Positions 40,387-51,741 are shown, counted from the stretch's first letter. The stretch: 64,000 nucleotides of DNA from Haliotis rubra (GCF_003918875.1 NW_025766669.1:3472001-3536000); one strand, 5' to 3'. Translations and numbers: made by a program. The notes: generated by a model from the letters alone, not told the origin.

Positions 40387-40839
40387 TCACTCTTCATCCA
40401 CATGGTCATCAATCTCTGAATCAGTTTCTGAATCACTGTCAAGAACTGCAGCATTCAACCGTGTATCACTAGAGGTGCTGGAAACTGGCATATTGTTTTG
40501 GTGTCTGCCATACCCAGATCTTCTCTCAACTGAAAAACAGATGACTTTATATCAAAAGAAAATTCTGTTTTAAAACTTTGATATTATAAATCTATTCAAG
40601 GGTAACATTACTTTTTTATTTTCAAATGTCAGTAATCTGGCCTTGAAGGCTTATGCAGATTTAATCACCACTGAGACATCAGTATTTCTGAAATTCTGTG
40701 ACATTAAATTAGAAAATTGAAGAAAAAAATATTGTTTATTTTTTAGCACTCATATTATGCTTACCTTCCACCTCAAGTTTTAAGTTGTCATCTTCATGAA
40801 ATGACACTCCTGAAATCAGTCCAAGCAAATTTCTCTTAT
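40387..40839 (-). other. Two orphan in-phase coding exons (3' end of an unidentified gene or gene fragment)
   Basis: Exon 40839-40765 (ttttcAG acceptor, GTAAG donor) and exon 40529-40387 (ttttcAG acceptor, TGA) splice in frame to give KRNLLGLISGVSFHEDDNLKLEVEVERRSGYGRHQNNMPVSSTSSDTRLNAAVLDSDSETDSEIDDHVDEE*. Confidence 0.6.
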
Positions 40840-41440
40840 CTGAAAACAAATATTTGAAATCATAAAAGAATTATCATTATGTTCAAGAAATTGGTGCTTT
40901 CTAATTTTTCGAATGCTAAACATGTCAATAGTATAGTTATATAGGGAAGGGAATTGACCTCCAAAAGCATAATCAATCGTTGAGGCCACTTTTTGATCAA
41001 TTATAGATATAACATAAATACAACTGTAAGAGCACATGAAAACAAAGGTAATCAGTCCTCGTAATGTTTACATTCCCACAATGCAATTGTGGAATGTCGC
41101 TTGACTACTCAACTTCCTCTGGATGTACTGATCTAAACTTACGCTGGTAGTAGAAATGCAACGTTCATATTGCCCCATATGGTTTACTTTAATGACAGAT
41201 GTAATTAAAATAATTCAGAGAAGATATTTAATCCGAACGTAAACCGTCATCAAACTGTTATCATTTGTTTTTTTTCTGGTAACGTTCGTCTTAACGTAGG
41301 GGGCAGACACATCAATAGAACAGCGCGCCAGTTAGCCCTGTGCGAGGATTCTTAATTTAGGTCACCGACACCGTCGTTTGTTTTCTGCCTTAAATTAATC
41401 GTAATTATCTTTAGAAAGTATTAAATTTGGCATCTTAGAA

Positions 41441-41616
41441 AAGAAATACACTTCGCCCTACCACCATGTATAGTGTAATAAAACACACTTTCGACCTGAA
41501 CTATTATAACGTTAAAGCACTCGGACGCAAGCGTCCTCGTGCTTTAACTATAATAGTTCAGGGCAAAAGTGTGTTTTATTACACTATACATGGTGGTAGA
41601 GCGAAGTGTATTTCTT
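41441..41616. mobile_element. ~175-bp near-perfect palindrome (non-autonomous DNA element)
   Basis: AAGAAATACACTTCGC..CTACCACCATGTATAGTGTAATAAAACACAC is mirrored at the 3' end. The central hairpin is GGACGCAAGCGTCC. Confidence 0.75.
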
Positions 41617-42214
41617 AAATTATAGACGGGTGACCGAAGTCAATATTGCTTTTCGCGGGTTCATAAAAACATATATTGACCGAACCCACCAGTCCATAAT
41701 TGTTTTATTATATAATTACCGGAAAAAACGCATCTAAAAACCCACACATGTCCATTTAGTCAAGAAAAGTAATTTTATTTTTCGCTACAAACCAATAACG
41801 TTATGTTAACAATACTGTGACATGTAAACAATAAAATGACGTCATAGCGTGACGTCAAAATCTATTTTTAGTAACTTAAGTCAATATGAGTTTTGGTCGG
41901 ATATGGTTGGAGTCAATATACTTTTCTGTCGACGGTCACGTGACCGCCTCTAGACCAATCAGGTAGCCGGAAAAATGTGCTTACATAATAATCCAAAATG
42001 ACATTACATGACGTTGTTAACTTTCACGCTGAAAAATACAGAATTCGAATCAAAATAAATCTTATCTGATCATCCAAATTTTGAAAAAGGCTTGCACGGT
42101 GGGGATATTATTTTAAAAAAACAGATTCTAAATATCAAGTGTCTATCCAGCTTGAGATTAATTTCCCTAGTTTCTTTGTCTGCTTTGTTAGGTTAACGCG
42201 CCCTTAGGTATATC

Positions 42215-42363
42215 AGTGAGAGAGTTTTAACAGCAATATTCCAGCAAGATCACGGCGGGGGACACCAGAAATGGGCTTCACACATTGTACATGTGGGGAA
42301 TCGAACCCGGTTCTTCGGCGTGACGAGTGGACGCTTTAACAACTAGGCTACCCCACCGCCCCC
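42215..42363 (-). mobile_element. tRNA-derived SINE family B
   Basis: A and B boxes on the minus strand. CCCTTAGGT occurs on both sides. Confidence 0.88.
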
Positions 42364-42660
42364 TTAGGTTTATCAACATTTTCAGAAATCGCGGGTAACG
42401 AATCAGTGTTCACAGATGCGTTAAAACATTGTCTCAGAGTTTATTATGCTGTTCTTACAGACGGTAGCCCAGTCGTCTCTTGTCATGCTCAATTGCGTTA
42501 GCCTGAACATGTTTCATGGCAACCATTGAGTCCAAGGTTAATCATTGAGGGTTGAATGTCTTTCATGGTATCAACCCGATTATAGAAAATGCCAAACACA
42601 TACATTGGTTCACGACTGGACTTGGTTGGTTTACTGCCAGAAGTTGACTTTCAGAATGAT

Positions 42661-42876
42661 GGAGGCGGTGGGGCAGCCCGAAGAATCGGGTTCAATTCCA
42701 CACATGGGTACAATGAGTAAAGCCAATTTATTGTGTTCCCTGCCGTGATATTGCTGGACTATTGCTAAAATCGGCGTAAAACTATACTCACTCATGTCCC
42801 CACTCACTCACTCACTCAGTCGTCACGATATGGCTGAGATATTGCCGATGTGACGTTAAATATTAACTCACTCACT
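42661..42876 (+). mobile_element. Internally deleted SINE family B plus an adjacent related 3'-tail fragment
   Basis: GGCGGTGGGG..GGGTTCAATTCC..(ACTC)n, followed by GATATGGCTGAGATATTGCCGATGTGACGTTAAA..(ACTC)n. Confidence 0.75.
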
Positions 42877-42973
42877 TTCGGAGTTTACAGCCAGAAAGAC
42901 TGTCAGGTTTTTTTGTGCCGACGGAAGACTGATTTTGAGAGTGAAAGAATGACTGTGCAGATAGTATCTTAAT

Positions 42974-43072
42974 GAGTGAGTGAGTTTAGTTTTACGCCGC
43001 ACTCAGCAATATTCCAGCTATATGGCGGCGGTCTGCAACTAAGCTAACCCTAACACTAACCCCTAACCCTGA
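42974..43072 (-). mobile_element. SINE family A/B 3' tail fragment followed by short (CTAACC)n
   Basis: Shared tail sequence, then CTAACCCTAACACTAACCCCTAACCC. Confidence 0.7.
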
Positions 43073-43312
43073 CAGCTGCGATTTTAAATAGTATTGGTAT
43101 AGAGTACATGTGTATGAATATTAGAGGAAAAGACATTGTAAAATAGTTACAAAATATGTTGGCGAACGTATACTATAATCGCACCAAAAACTGTCTAGTC
43201 CCTTCAATCAATCGATTTTTGAGAGGGACTTTTATTTGCGATCTGCTAAGTCACTCATTTCTCTGTGTGGTCTGAGTTACTGAGACCTTTTTGTACCACA
43301 TGTAGTCAACTA

Positions 43313-43564
43313 TGAGTGAGTAAGTGAGTGAGTTTAGTTTTACGCCGTACTCAGCAATATTCCAGCTATATGGCGGCGGTCTGTAAATAATCGAGTCTTG
43401 ACCAGACAATCCAATGATCAACAGCATGAACATCGATCTACGCAGTTGGGAACCGATGACATGTGTCAACCCAGTCAGCGAGCCTGACCACCCGATCCCG
43501 TTAGACGCCTCTTACGACAAGCATGGGTTACTGAAGATCAATTTTAACCCGGAACTTCACGGGT
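43313..43564 (-). mobile_element. SINE-like family A
   Basis: Full-length reverse copy ~380 bp upstream of copy 9. Confidence 0.9.
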
Positions 43565-43836
43565 AAATAGTATCTCAACCCTGAAGACATCCCGGTATCC
43601 ACAAATCATTTATTTAAAATTCACGGAAATCTTAAGACTAAACAGTCATGACTGTATTGATTAAAATTGTCCTACTGAACTATTCAAACTCCAGTAAAGA
43701 GATTATCATAAACTTACTGAACTCGAAAGAATTAATTTCATTTAAGTCCTTCCAGGGAATCAGACTTATTTCGGATACATTTCCACATCAAGTTAACTCG
43801 ATTTGAGCGACAGATATCTCTGCACCACTAACAAGT

Positions 43837-43884
43837 CACCTGTGAGCAGCGCTCTATGCTGATTGGATGAAATCGTCTATATAA
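43837..43884 (+). promoter_or_regulatory. Putative core promoter of copy 9
   Basis: CACCTG 43837-43842, ATTGG 43862-43866, TATATAA 43878-43884. Confidence 0.65.
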
Positions 43885-43942
43885 GACAACGGTCGTTTCA
43901 GACGGCACCAGCTGTTGAATACGCACTGACTACAGCAGTAAG

Positions 43943-44797
43943 ATGAAAGACACCAATAGGAAGGGCGATGACGAAAAATACATCTCCTGCGCCATCATGG
44001 GAGACGGCATGGTCGGCAAGACCAGCATCTCCGAGAGCTATGCTCAGAAATCCTTCAAGGAGAACTATGAAGCCACAGTGTTTGACAACTATGTCGTCCC
44101 ACTGCAGGTCGCTGGAGAGGAGTTTGTCATCAGCATGTTTGACACAGCAGGAAAGGTGAGATCTTTATAATGTCATCGGATGGCTTTTCGTTTGAGGATG
44201 AATTTTTGTGACTGTCTCCTTAGATGGGCTTGCCAATGTCTGTTGTATCGATCAGTAATTATACGTATAGCACTATGATTCATTTACACTGACTAAATGT
44301 CAGATGCATTATTGATTTCACAGATTACTAAAAATGAGAATAGAAGGTCTTCATGCATATTCTCGTGGATCTTCAGATAACAATATGTTTACCTTCGAAC
44401 TTTCGTTTTTCAGAAAACCTTTGAGAATCTTCGTTCCTTCACATACTGTGAGAGTGAAGTCCTGCTTCTGTGTTTCTCCACCTGTGACCGGGAGACGTTG
44501 GCCAGCATCAATGACCTGTGGATGCCAGAACTGAAGAGACATTCCAAACATGCCAAACAGAAGAGACCGATCATCCTTGTGGGCACCCAGATTGACCTCC
44601 AGGTCGGGAATGAAGACAGCGAGGTCAGCACGGACGAGGGTGTCCAACTGGCCAAGGACATTGGTGCTGACTGTTATGTGGAGTGCTCGGCCCGCGACCA
44701 CAAGGGTTTGAAGGAAGTCTTTCAGCATGTTGTCTTCTCCGCTCTGAAATTCAGGAAGAAGAACACGAACATTATCAAGAAGATCTTTAGACGTTGA
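43943..44797 (+). CDS. Atypical Rho-family small GTPase, divergent paralog (copy 9), intact, 198 aa
   Basis: join(43943..44155,44414..44797), with the intron at the same position and phase as in the array. GDGMVGKT, YEATVFDNY, DTAGK|KTFENLRSFTY, GTQID, YVECSA. Ends KFRKKNTNIIKKIFRR. Confidence 0.93.
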
Positions 44798-46014
44798 AAT
44801 GGACTTAAGATTATGTGCCAGTTGACGACAATGCTCTTTTAGCGTGACTATCACGCCACGGAAATCAAAACTGGCGCTTCAACTGGAATCTCAAACTGTG
44901 ATATATTTTACATTTAGTAAACCATCGCGTGCCTTCTCCCGCGTGATGCCAATTTTCTCAGAGCAGTTTGTGCTTGCGTTGTGAACTTGTTATAAATTCC
45001 TGTGATCTTATCTGTGCGATAATTCCCATCACTTTGGTTGTTGGTGATGCTGTTCACCGATTTTTTATATCATATACAAACCGCAAACTGTATTGTGAAC
45101 GTGTGGCGAGTGACATTATACCGTTTACACAACGTGACTGCTTTTACAAGAGTCACGTGCGACGGGACAATCTACATTTTACGTGTGGACAAGTTTTGTC
45201 TTTACCAAAGCATTCCAGTGTTCTGTGCCGTTTGTGTAAACAATATGCAATTTTCGTGTTCATATCATAAATTTTAAAAACATTAATGTTTTTGTATTTG
45301 AAATAAAATTGAAAATGAAAGTGAATTTGTATGTATTTTTTGTCCGAGTGGAAATAAGGAAAAAGCTGTGGTTTGTTTTGGTGTCGGGTCTTGCAAAGGT
45401 AAAATTTCCAAATTTGCTGTTAAAATCATTCATTCTTATTACGTATAATGTTTTTTTTAATACTGGCTACAATGTGTGTAGCCCATTTCATCTATAACCC
45501 GCTTTGATATTGCGTTAGCATTCAGAAAGCGGCGTAAAACGTCACTCACTCACTCACACACAAACATATATGGGGCTATTTGGTGCTCACTGCCTTCCAA
45601 ATATCACCGTTTGTTTTATGACATATGCACATAAGCAAATACGAATGTTTCTACTCAGTGTCAGTTGACGAAGAATGAAGGTATTAAGTAACAAAGATTT
45701 TCGACATACATAAATGACCTTCACCTTAACTTGTTGACAACTATATACCATGCTCTAGAGATGTCACTTCAGACCTGAAACTGACTGTCACTCATAGCGA
45801 TATGCGACTTCAGCAGAGGGTCAATTATGTCCGCCGTACTGACCAGCAGGAGACAGGTAAGGATTGACAAGGATTCTGACAAGTATTAAAGTGCTTCTGA
45901 CACGATTTTAGCCTATATTTGCTACACGAAATGTCAGAACCCGTGACATTTAGCCACTTGGTAGAAAAACAGCAGACATACATTTGACAAGGTTCCAATG
46001 ATAGGGTCTTGTAA

Positions 46015-46268
46015 ACAGCCTAGGGAATAACAATTACTTCTCAGGGATCATGTCACTTAAAGATGCAAATTCTGGATTTACTTTCACAAGAAGGATATTG
46101 TAATCAGCCCAAGGGATAACGGTAACATGTCAGAGATAATCTCAATTGAATCTGCAAATTTTGAAATTACTATCACAAGAAGGGTCTTTTAATCAACAGA
46201 AGGAATAACGGTAACTTATCAGGGATCATCGTAAGTAAAGCGAATTCTTAAATTACTATCACCAGAAG
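46015..46268 (+). repeat. Degenerate ~90-bp tandem repeat, ~3 copies
   Basis: Recurring GG(A)ATAAC(G)GTAAC..CAG(G/A)GAT..AATT..TTACT(A/T)TCAC(A/C)AGAAG. Confidence 0.65.
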
Positions 46269-46625
46269 AGTGAGTGAGTGAGTTGAGTTTTACCCCGCAC
46301 TCAGCAATATTCCAGCTATATGGCGCCGGTCCGTAAATAATCGAGTCTAGACCAGACAATCCAGTGATCATGATTAGAGATGTATAATCTGAACCAGTGT
46401 CTCTTTTAGATCTGTAACCCATGCTTGTCGTAATAGACGACTAACGTGATAGGGTGGTCAGGCTCGCTGACTTGGTTGACACATGTCATCGTATCCCAGT
46501 TGCGTAGATCGATGCTCATGCTGTCGATCACTGGATTGTCTGATCCAGATTCGATTATTTACAGACCGCCGCCATATAGCTGGAATAGTTTTAAGTGCGA
46601 CGTAAAACTAAACTCACTCACTCAC
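46268..46625. mobile_element. Two SINE family A pieces: a minus-strand 3' fragment at 46268-46370 and a 5'-truncated plus-strand copy at 46414-46625
   Basis: Match to the family A body and tail. Confidence 0.85.
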
Positions 46626-46719
46626 TCTTTGAGTACAGTGGTAAAGTCTCCTTCCACAGGTACATATGTAAACCTTGTACTGAATTGATTGTACAATCAC
46701 AACTACTAAACATGTAAAC

Positions 46720-47060
46720 AGAGAAAGGCACGTGTAGATGAAGAGCGTGCCGACGTGTCCTGGCTTTGATGACAAGCTCTGTTGCATTGTTTAACTGAAG
46801 CCAGGATTCCATGAGTGCTTGAGTCCCTAACGGAACTTCTCGGGTTTCCAACCTACTCCTGCCAAACGACAAGCCATCAACTTCGGTTTCTGTCTGAGTG
46901 GATGGACTTTTGTAGTCAAGACAGTGTCAGAATCTTCTTCATCCTGGGTAGTTCATGGGGTGGTTTGTCGGCATACCCATTAGCCTTGGTGACAGGTGAA
47001 ACATCAATTTGTTCAGTTTCCATCCAGTCTGATAATCAAACCCTCCAAATTTCCTGACAA
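46720..47060 (-). mobile_element. Decayed DIRS-type (tyrosine recombinase retrotransposon) fragment
   Basis: Minus-strand translation PHELPRMKKILTL..KVHPLRQKPKLMACRLAG (46904-46857) resembles the C-terminus of the DIRS1 pol ORF (P..LP....LL.L....HPL...L.L.ACRLSG). Confidence 0.5.
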
Positions 47061-47332
47061 CTTGTACTAGCGACTAGTTCACCAATAGTTTTTGTCATTT
47101 CCCTTTTCTTAACCTCTCTCTTCAGTAGAAATCCAATGCTCATACATGTATGTTCTTTTTTATTTAGATCAGAACAGTAAGCATATTTCAGGCCAACTGT
47201 CGACATGACGCAGGCCGGTCTTATAAGCCTTACTGCTGGTATTGCCATTTCGAAAAGATTATATGATACTGGCTTGTTGAACTTGTTTTTAAATTCACGT
47301 TTGATCTGCTGGAATTGTCTCTTTTAGATCTG

Positions 47333-47543
47333 TAACCCATGCTTGTCGTAAGAGGCGATTAACGGGATCGGGTGGTCAGGGTCGCTGACTTGGTTGGCAC
47401 ATGTCATCGGTTTCTAATTGCGCAGATCGATGTTCGTGCTGTTGATCACTGGATTGTCTGGTCCAAACTCGATTATTTACAGACCGCCGCCATATAGCTG
47501 GAATATTGCTGAGTACGGCGTAAAACTAAACTCACTCACTCAC
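47333..47543 (+). mobile_element. 5'-truncated SINE family A
   Basis: Flanked by CTCTTTTAGA at 47319 and 47543. Confidence 0.9.
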
Positions 47544-48129
47544 TCTTTTAGACCTGATAAAATATTTTTAAAACATTGGCCCTCACAGGGGTCTGCAAAG
47601 TCAATCAACTTCTTATTTACCAACTTTGCATTTTTTTATTTAAGCTATCACTTTCTCTAATTTAATTTGTTTGGGTATAAAATCTTGGTGGGATGCACCA
47701 CAATCTCCATCAAAGCTATTTTACTCATATTTTACCCAATTTGTATGGAAGTGTGTCCGCCTTTCGCACCTACAAGATAGAAAAGGATACTTAATGGACC
47801 TTATAACTTTGTGATTAGTGGTTGTCAGTGTCCCTAGGCCTAGGTGCTTGTCCGCCCACGTCGCATATGGTCAAGATTCCATGGGCGATACGACAAAAAG
47901 TGTCCACTCCGGTCGGGCACATATCCTCGGGATTAACTTCTCAGTCCCCAGGGCAGACACTGCCTTTGTGTCCCCCGCAAGGTCGTCTTACTCCCAAAAC
48001 CCCCATTCCCCATCCTCGCCACGTGCACACACACGCTCTTACAGAGAGAGAGAGAGGGGAGGGGAGAGAGAGAAAGAAAGAAAGAGAAAGACATTCTCGC
48101 CTGCGCATGCTCAAATCCTTCCATGCTCT

Positions 48130-48810
48130 AGGTGAGAATCTCACTGGCCACTTTCTTTCTTTGCAACAGAGTGTTGGATGGCCTGATTTATTCTTACACC
48201 AGTTTAGGGAAAGATGTGTAGACTTTGAGAATCAAATCTGTCATGAAAATGTTCAATCTTGCTCTAAACTTGAACTGTTCTTTGCTGTAAAAGATCATTC
48301 TCAATATCATAAATGGGTTCGATTTATCGATGTAAAATTATTTTAAATTAATATTTTAAATTTTCTAGGATCTAATCCCCCTCTTCTATTAGAAACGGGC
48401 AGACGTTATAGAATTCCACGAAATGAACGTGATTGCCCTCTTTGTATTATACCAGTTGTCGAGGATGAATTTCACTTTTGCCTCGCGTGTCCCTTTTACC
48501 TTGATCTGCGATCCAGTCTCATACCTCAATATTTCCACTTGTTTCCAACTCGCGAGAAAATGGTCTTGTTATTTTGCTCCACTAATCATAACATATGCAA
48601 TAATCTGGCAAATTATATATTTCTTGCCGCTAAGAAACGTGATTCCTTTTTCAAAGGGATATCTGTGAAATGATCTCTTAGCTACATTGATGTCCTTAAT
48701 GTACGTGTATTTATATACAGCGCTCATGTCACAATTGTACTTCATCATGCTCTGTACTTGTATAATCCGCCGGTGGCCCCTTTACTGGAATAAAAGCAAC
48801 ATCAATCACT
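48130..48810 (+). mobile_element. 3' fragment of an RTEX-like non-LTR retrotransposon
   Basis: NPPLLLETGRRYRIPRNERDCPLCIIPVVEDEFHFCLACPFYLDLR (CCHC motif), then AATAAA at ~48789. Confidence 0.8.
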
Positions 48811-48969
48811 CTTCATCAATTTATCAAATAGTAAATACATTCGCGAAATCTATAACACTTTTCACTTAAACCCACTGTTTCTCTGCAATCGGTAATCGGA
48901 TGTCACTAATTAACTGTCCCCAGCTTCCATATGATTTTATCTACACGTGTTAATTGTAATAACACGTCA

Positions 48970-49450
48970 AAGCCCCAGGTCGATTCCCCACATGGGTACA
49001 ATGTGTGAAGCCCATTTCTGGTGCCCCAGCGCCGTGATTTTGCTGGAATATTGCTTAAAGCTGCGTAAAACCATACTCAATCTGTCGGTATTGCAGGACT
49101 TGCTTTCCTTTTCAAGAAACACCTGGTGTCATCACTGATTCTCAGTGATGCATTCGATAAAATTGCACCACTGATTCTAGACTTAAAAGTCTCGTTTCAT
49201 TTTCAGATTTGTTTAGATACACACCGTACATATTAAACTTTACTGACAGAGGTATCAAACAAGACCCGCTCGTGAGAGGCAACTAAGGCATCAGGCTCGC
49301 TGATTTGGTTGACACATGTTATCGTTTCTCATTTGCGTAGATCGATGATCATGCTGTTGATCACTGGATTGTCTGGTCCAGACTCGATTACTTACAAGCC
49401 GCAGCCATATAGCTGGGATATTGCTGAGTGCGGCGTTAACTACAAGCAAA
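48970..49450 (+). mobile_element. SINE family B fragment (48970-49080) and degenerate family A copy (49260-49450)
   Basis: Match to the family bodies and tails. Confidence 0.8.
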
Positions 49451-49798
49451 CATACAACACGAAATCTCACCACTGAACGAATGATTATTAAACGAAGTGC
49501 CTTGCAATCACTTTGGTCGACTGTAAGACTACGATTCCTGATGCTGATCCGGTTTGTTGCAGCCATGTCGAGTTGACTCTAAACCTACACCGCAAATGCT
49601 ATCCATACACGCGAGTCTGATAATATCAGTTTATCCACATGTTATTTTAGAAGGGTATATTATGCCTGTACATTGTGCAAACATGTTTCCATAGTTTACA
49701 AAGACAATACTGTATGACTGTTACTGGTTTACCAGCATCAAATAAAATGTGAATTTATTCTGTAATGTGGGCCATGGACTTATATACTGAAATATAAA

Positions 49799-49829
<31 letters not shown>

Positions 49830-50619
49830 GTTTGCCAACTGCCATCTTATTTTGAGGATTCTAAAACTGAACAATTTCATGGTCACGATTATTAAATTAT
49901 TATCAAATTATTAAAGGGTGCGAATTAATCTAATACATCAAGCAGCAACGTTTATCAGATTTTTTAACTAAAGAGCTCAAAAGTCTAAACAAAACATTTC
50001 TCTGTACCTCTATCAGAATTGAATGTTTTTGTATCAAAATTTGGGTCTAACCTTCCCTAAAATGAGCGTGTTCACATAGACAAATGCATTTTGACCGACT
50101 TTGAAGCAAGTTAGGATGGCACAGGTGCTTCGTGCATTGCGCGTGTTTACCTGGGAGATTAATTAGCAATAACATCGCCTATCCTTAATAAGCAGTCCGG
50201 TAGGTGAGAAGGTTGTGTTTTACTGAACATATACTTCACGTGTACGATTCCTCATCCGTACACGAGAAATCATTTTTGTTATGTATTCTGCCGTCAAATA
50301 TTTGACAACTAGTTAGAATCACCTGCTCCAGTACGGATTGCCACCAAACACCAGAACGACAAGCGTCTGGCAACAGCCTATGTATCATCTGTTACGAAAC
50401 CGTTACTTCACTTGCATGATTTCATATTATGACTCTCACCACACGGAACACAAAAACAGAAGCTCCAAACAATCACAGCATAATACAAACATTGTCATAA
50501 CTCCCCAGACTCGTAAACATTAATAACAGTTTGCAAGATTTCCTTTAGTCCATAATGATTTACTTTGCACGCGTAGCTCCTGTTTGGTCGTCCGAGCAGT
50601 CACTCTGGCATCGCCAGAC

Positions 50620-50678
50620 CACGTGATCTCCGCGGCAAGTGAGTTCTTGTTCCTTATTGGTCAGTTGTGTCTATATAA
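50620..50678 (+). promoter_or_regulatory. Putative core promoter of copy 10
   Basis: CACGTG 50620-50625, ATTGG 50656-50660, TATATAA 50672-50678. Confidence 0.65.
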
Positions 50679-50742
50679 CCAAGTACGCTGGCACGGACTG
50701 GCACAGGTTGTGTGACAGCCACTCACGATAAACTACAGAGCA

Positions 50743-51741
50743 ATGAAGGGTAGCAATATGAAGAATGATGAGCAGAAATACATCTCCTGCGCCATCATGG
50801 GAGACGGCATGGTCGGCAAGACCAGCATCTCCGAGAGCTATGCTCAGAAATCCTTCAAGGAGAACTATGAAGCCACAGTGTTTGACAACTATGTCGTTCC
50901 ACTGCAGGTTGCTGGAGAGGAGTTTGTCATCAGCATGTTTGACACAGCAGGAAAGGTGAGGATATGTTTCAACTTTTCTCGGTTATTGACAGTACATGTA
51001 TTATATATATGTTTTTAGTATCAGTTGGGGCGGTGGGGTAGCCGAATAGTTAAAGCTTTCGCTCCTCTCACCGAAGACCGGGTTCCATTCCCCAAATGGG
51101 AACAATGTGTGAAGCCCAATTCTGGTGTCCCCTGCCGTAGTATTGCTGGAATAATACCAAAATAAGCGTAAAACTAGACTCATTTTGTATTATTTAATTA
51201 GGACAGCCCCTCAAACATGTCACGATAACTGTGTACATTGTTAATTCTAAGTAGCTATGCTAATGTCTTAATACACTTTCAAATGAAAAAATTGCCAAAC
51301 CTGATGCTTTAAAAAAAATCACATATTTACCATTGCTATTTCAATTTTCAGAAAAACTTTGAGAATCTTCGTTCCTTCACATACCGTGAGAGTGAAGTCC
51401 TGCTTCTGTGTTTCTCCACCTGTGACCGGGAGACGTTGGCCAGCATCAATGACCTGTGGATGCCAGAACTTAAGAGACACTCCAAACATGCCAAACAGAA
51501 GAGACCGGTCATCCTCGTGGGCACCCAGATTGACCTCCGGGTCGGGAATGAAGACAGCGAGGTCAGCACGGACGAGGGTGTCCAACTGGCCAAGGACATT
51601 GGTGCTGACTGTTATGTGGAGTGCTCGGCTCGCGACCACAAGGGTTTGAAGGAAGTCTTTCAGCATGTTGTCTTCTCCGCTCTGAAATTCAGGAAGAAGA
51701 ACACGAACATTATCAAACAGATTTTCAGATCGATACATTAA
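50743..51741 (+). CDS. Atypical Rho-family small GTPase, divergent paralog (copy 10), intact, 200 aa
   Basis: join(50743..50955,51352..51741). GDGMVGKT, DTAGK|KNFENLRSFTY, GTQID, YVECSA. Ends KFRKKNTNIIKQIFRSIH. The intron carries a SINE. Confidence 0.93.
51027..51182 (+). mobile_element. tRNA-derived SINE family B in the intron of copy 10
   Basis: GGGGCGGTGGGGTAGCCGAATAGTTAAAGC..GGTTCCATTCCC..GCTGGAATA. Confidence 0.88.

Noticed and set aside
43044-43072. Telomere-like CTAACC repeats
   Set aside because: Only about four imperfect units beside a repeat fragment, not a telomere.
14914-51741. Assigning the symbol CDC42, RHOQ or RHOJ
   Set aside because: The motifs place the genes near that branch, but catalytic residues, insert and C-terminus differ. 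Orthology cannot be established without a phylogeny.
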